This document shows, one piece after another, positions 60,365 through 64,000 of a DNA stretch of 64,000 bases. The notes below the pieces were generated by a model. The model saw nothing but the letters and a program-made list of their open reading frames with translations, ran no database searches and was not told where the DNA came from. The stretch's first letter is position 1, and each line of letters opens with the position of its first letter. This DNA comes from Nitrospirales bacterium. Its GTDB lineage: Bacteria; Nitrospirota; Nitrospiria; Nitrospirales; UBA8639. The stretch lies in NCBI GenBank assembly GCA_963422365.1, contig OY729426.1, forward strand, positions 896,001 to 960,000. Reading direction: 5' to 3'. The translations under genes were made by a program, and so were the position numbers.

Positions 60365-62824
60365 ATGAACACGGGCCGTCTCACCACGCTCCCTGAAATT
60401 GACACCATTCCTATTCCTCAAGAGATTCAAGAGGAAATTGAAACGTTTGAAGACGAGGTCAAACGGTTGCAGGCCGGCGACATCCCCGGAGACCTGTTCA
60501 AACCGTTCCGGTTGCAATACGGCATCTATGGACAACGGCAGCCGGACGTGCAAATGGTGCGCATCAAAATTCCCTTTGGCGGGATGACATCCAACCAGTT
60601 GCGCCGGATCGCCGAACTGGCCGAGACCTATGCCACCGGGGTCGGCCACGTCACCACCCGGCAAGACATTCAATTACACTTTGTGCCGTTGCCGCAAATC
60701 AGCACGGTCATGCGAAAACTCGAAGAAGTGGGGCTCACCACTCGTGAAGCCTGTGCCAACACGGTCCGCAACGTCACGGCCTGCCATCTGGCCGGTGTTT
60801 GCCAAGGTGAAGTCTTTGACGTGACCCCGTACGCGAACACCGTGGCGCGACATTTGCTGCGAAATCCGCTCAACCAGAGCCTGCCACGAAAATTTAAAAT
60901 TGCGTTTTCCGGCTGCAATCACGATTGTGCCATGACGCCCATCCATGACGTCGGCTTATTAGCGAAGAAGACTGAGGACGGCACGATTGGATTTCGCATG
61001 GTGGTCGGAGGCGGGCTCGGGGCAGCCCCGCGCATCGCGCATCTGCTCCGGGAATTTGTGCCCATGGATGAACTGATTCCATCCATCGAAGCCGTCATTA
61101 AAGTCTTTGATAATCTCGGTAATCGGAAGAATCGCAGCAAAGCCCGCATGAAGTTCGTGATTGAAAAATTGGGGTTTGAAGAATTTCGACGCCGATGGGA
61201 AGCGGCCTATGAAGACATGTTCAGTGCCAAGCCTTCGCATCCACCGTTGAAACTCCTCCCGCATGCCGATCCTGCTCCCCTGATTGTGCCGGCGAAGCAC
61301 GGGGCCAACGGCAACGGCGGCCACCCGGATAGTGCGACAGCCCCTTCGTTCGCGACGTGGCGACGAATGAACGTGGTGAAACAACGGCAGGAGGGATTTT
61401 CCGCCGCCGTTCTGAGACTGCCGACGGGCGACATTACCACTGAGCAAATGCTGCTGGTGGCTGATCTGGCCGCACATTATTCCAATGGCAACATTCGCAC
61501 CACGATCGGTCAGAATTTGATTATTCGTTGGGTGTCCGATGGACACATGGAAGCCCTCTATCAGGAATTAGAAGCCCACGGGTTGGGACAACCCGGGGCG
61601 AATAAAACCGAAGACATTGTGGCCTGCCCTGGGACCGATACCTGCGGGCTCGGGATCACCTCATCGAAGGGCGTCGCCCGTGCCTTAGCCGAAGTCTTTC
61701 CGCCGGGACAGGTTCCCGACGATTTGAAAGGGACCACGATCCATATCAGTGGCTGTCATAATTCGTGTGCCCAACATCATATCTCGACCATTGGTCTGCA
61801 CGGAGTGGGCAAACGCATGGGAGACCATATTGCCCCGGTGTATGAGCTTCATCTTGGAGGGCGAATCAACGGGACCGCGGAAGTCGGACAAATGACGATC
61901 AAACTCCCGGCCAAGAACATCCCTTCCGCCATCTCGCACTTGCTTGACGTGTATCGACGAGACCGCCAAGAAGGAGACAGCCTGCATACCTTTATTAAAC
62001 GAACGGGCAAGGCCGCGCTTAAAGAAGAACTGCTCGGGCATTCCATTCTACCCGCATATGCCGAGGATCCCTCGTACTACTTTGATTGGGAAGCGGAAGA
62101 GGAATTTACGCTTGAAGATCTGGGACCCGGTGAATGTGCCGGCGGCGCCATAGAAATGATCGACAATCGGATTTTGGAAGCCGAGCAGGAACTCTACCAA
62201 GCCCGTATTCTGGCCGAGAAACATCAATGTGCCATGGCCATTAACAAGGCCTATCGAGCCGTGGTGGCCGGAGCCAAAGCCCTGCTCGTAACCGAGGGCA
62301 TCGATCCCAACACCGATGCCGACACGTTGGCGGAATTTGATCAGTTTGCCGCTCGGCAAAATGGGCTTATTCCTCAAACGTATCGAGGGATGGCACGGAC
62401 AATCAGTGATCTGGGTACCAAGGAAAATTCCGCTGAATTCACCAACAAGAAAATGGCCTTTGCCAAAGGGTTCGTGGAGTTTTGCCGAAAACTGACCGAA
62501 GAAATCGGCCAAGACCTCAAGCTCGGACTCTCCGAAGAGACCCCCGCCGTGACGGAACCAGCCCCGGCTCAACGCGAATCCGTTCAAGACGCGACTGTTC
62601 TTGATCTTCGAGGGGTCATGTGCCCGCTGAATTACGTCAAAACCAAATTGAAACTCGAAACCATGGATGAGGGTGAACAATTGGAAGTATGGCTGGATGC
62701 CGGAGATCCCATTAAAAACGTGCCCATGAGTCTTCGCAACGATGGGCACAAGGTGCTCGCCGAAGATCCGTTAGAAGCCGATGCGCAGCACTTTAAGGTG
62801 TTGGTAGAAAAAGTCGAGGTCTAG
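60365..62824 (+). CDS. Ferredoxin-type sulfite/nitrite reductase hemoprotein fused to HEPN-like and TusA/SirA domains
   Basis: FRLQYGIYGQRQ, HVTTRQDIQLH, LPRKFKIAFSGC, ACPGTDTC, ISGCHNSC, then LDLRGVMCPLNYVK (TusA). GGAGG RBS before ATG 60365. Confidence 0.88.
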   Translation: MNTGRLTTLPEIDTIPIPQEIQEEIETFEDEVKRLQAGDIPGDLFKPFRLQYGIYGQRQPDVQMVRIKIPFGGMTSNQLRRIAELAETYATGVGHVTTRQDIQLHFVPLPQISTVMRKLEEVGLTTREACANTVRNVTACHLAGVCQGEVFDVTPYANTVARHLLRNPLNQSLPRKFKIAFSGCNHDCAMTPIHDVGLLAKKTEDGTIGFRMVVGGGLGAAPRIAHLLREFVPMDELIPSIEAVIKVFDNLGNRKNRSKARMKFVIEKLGFEEFRRRWEAAYEDMFSAKPSHPPLKLLPHADPAPLIVPAKHGANGNGGHPDSATAPSFATWRRMNVVKQRQEGFSAAVLRLPTGDITTEQMLLVADLAAHYSNGNIRTTIGQNLIIRWVSDGHMEALYQELEAHGLGQPGANKTEDIVACPGTDTCGLGITSSKGVARALAEVFPPGQVPDDLKGTTIHISGCHNSCAQHHISTIGLHGVGKRMGDHIAPVYELHLGGRINGTAEVGQMTIKLPAKNIPSAISHLLDVYRRDRQEGDSLHTFIKRTGKAALKEELLGHSILPAYAEDPSYYFDWEAEEEFTLEDLGPGECAGGAIEMIDNRILEAEQELYQARILAEKHQCAMAINKAYRAVVAGAKALLVTEGIDPNTDADTLAEFDQFAARQNGLIPQTYRGMARTISDLGTKENSAEFTNKKMAFAKGFVEFCRKLTEEIGQDLKLGLSEETPAVTEPAPAQRESVQDATVLDLRGVMCPLNYVKTKLKLETMDEGEQLEVWLDAGDPIKNVPMSLRNDGHKVLAEDPLEADAQHFKVLVEKVEV

Positions 62825-62952
62825 CAGGATGCTGAACAAGTCCGCCAGTTTTGTCTCGCGACGCTCGGAGGCTCAACGTACCCAAAAGTTGCGGCCCCCT
62901 CTGCCGCCTTGATTGCTGCGGCCGTGCAGGATGGCCTTTTTGACCATCCTGC
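62824..62952. repeat. MITE/REP-like intergenic element with terminal inverted repeats
   Basis: GCAGGATGCTGAACAAGTCC ... GGCCTTTTTGACCATCCTGC with internal GGCTCAACGTAC. Resembles an abundant Nitrospira-type repeat from memory, not searched. Confidence 0.65.
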
Positions 62953-62997
62953 GGACTGTTCTGATAGCGCCCCGGACCATCTAGTCAGGAGTCACTC

Positions 62998-63708
62998 GTG
63001 AGTATGCGAGCGAATTTTTCAACAGAGGCACTTCACGAACTGAACCAACGCTTTGCGGCCCACTCGCCGCAAGCGGTCTTGACCTATGCGTTCGAACAGT
63101 TTTCCCCTCGGATGGTGCTGGCGTGTAGTTTCGGTGCCGAGGATGTGGTGCTCTGGGACATGATGCACCGCATCAATCCTCAAGCCTCGTTTTTTTATCT
63201 GGACACGGATTTTCTCTTTCCGGAAACCTACGCCGTGCGTGATCGCCTGATCGACCGGTACAAGGTCTCGGCCGAGCAGGTGATTCGGGTCGTGTCGGCT
63301 CTGACGCCCGCAGAGCAAGCGAGTCAATTCGGAGACCTGTTGTGGGTCCGGCAACCGGATCAGTGCTGCCGGATTCGAAAAGTCGATCCGTTGACCAAGA
63401 TGTTGAAGAACTACGCCGCATGGGTGACCGGCATTCGTCGCGACCAGTCGCCGACGCGCGTAACCGCGGAGCTGGTTGAATGGGACGCCACGTTCGGTCT
63501 TGTCAAGTTCAATCCCCTTGCGGCCTGGACCAACGATGAGGTCTGGACCTACATCAAAGCACATGACGTGCCCTACAACGTTCTCCATGACCAATACTAC
63601 CCCAGCATCGGATGCACACACTGCACCTCGCCCGTTCAGCCGGGCGACGATCCACGGTCCGGGCGATGGCAGCGTCTTGAGAAAACCGAATGTGGGCTTC
63701 ATCAGTAA
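62998..63708 (+). CDS. cysH: Adenosine-5'-phosphosulfate (APS)/PAPS reductase, 4Fe-4S type
   Basis: SFGAED, LDTDFLFPET, CC..RKV, WVTGIRRDQS, YPSIGC..CT, RSGRW, ECGLH. Confidence 0.93.
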   Translation: MSMRANFSTEALHELNQRFAAHSPQAVLTYAFEQFSPRMVLACSFGAEDVVLWDMMHRINPQASFFYLDTDFLFPETYAVRDRLIDRYKVSAEQVIRVVSALTPAEQASQFGDLLWVRQPDQCCRIRKVDPLTKMLKNYAAWVTGIRRDQSPTRVTAELVEWDATFGLVKFNPLAAWTNDEVWTYIKAHDVPYNVLHDQYYPSIGCTHCTSPVQPGDDPRSGRWQRLEKTECGLHQ

Positions 63709-63789
63709 CCATCCTTCCGAAAAAACACCTTTTGGCAAGCGACACCATTGGAATCCAACCGTGAGTTTTATCGACCGTAGACACTGCTG

Positions 63790-64000
63790 ATGCACCAACT
63801 CATCACCAAAATCGGAAAAGGACAACGGGGGGCCAAAGACCTCTCGTGGGGAGAAGCCAAACAGGCCGCCCAGGATCTGATAGAAGGCAACGCGACGCCC
63901 TATCAGGCCGGGGCCTTTTTGATGGCCATGCGGATCAAATTGGAAGCCGTGACGGAATTAGCCTCGTTCACCGCCGCCACGCGCAGCTACGTTCCCCCCA
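63790..64000 (+). CDS. TrpD-like / YbiB family protein, 3'-truncated by the window
   Basis: MHQLITKIGKGQRGAKDLSWGEAK..QAGAFLMAMRIK.E...EL..F. Not in the ORF track because it runs off the end. Confidence 0.75.
   Translation, partial: MHQLITKIGKGQRGAKDLSWGEAKQAAQDLIEGNATPYQAGAFLMAMRIKLEAVTELASFTAATRSYVPP

Overview
Bacterial chromosome segment, most consistent with a Nitrospirota/Nitrospiraceae genome, possibly host- or sponge-associated. This is inferred from gene content and repeat types and was not searched. The core genes are puuD-like hydrolase, tatA, a Kef-type antiporter, leuCD, mreBCD-mrdA-rodA-rng-dprA, topB, tig-clpP-clpX, tRNA-Leu(TAG), tRNA-Ser(GGA)-ffs-dnaX-ybaB-recR, prfC, a TetR-MFP-RND-TolC efflux operon, a B12 radical-SAM RiPP-type methyltransferase, bcp, pdxB and an Rrf2-led sulfur assimilation operon (sulfite reductase-HEPN-TusA fusion, APS reductase, YbiB-like). 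Three accessory regions stand out. (i) A very GC-rich Ig-domain autotransporter lies at the left edge. (ii) An AT-richer cassette-like stretch after recR carries yefM-yoeB, a hicB remnant and degenerate attC-like sites. (iii) A roughly 13 kb GC-rich island (about 44.65-57.7 kb) encodes a GtrABC/ArnCTEF-like lipid-carrier glycosylation set. Its GT2 gene is out of frame at a C15 tract. Its variable membrane genes all end in the same ~100-aa two-Cys module and are separated by long direct repeats that record cassette-like domain shuffling. This island is the best candidate for an undescribed system.
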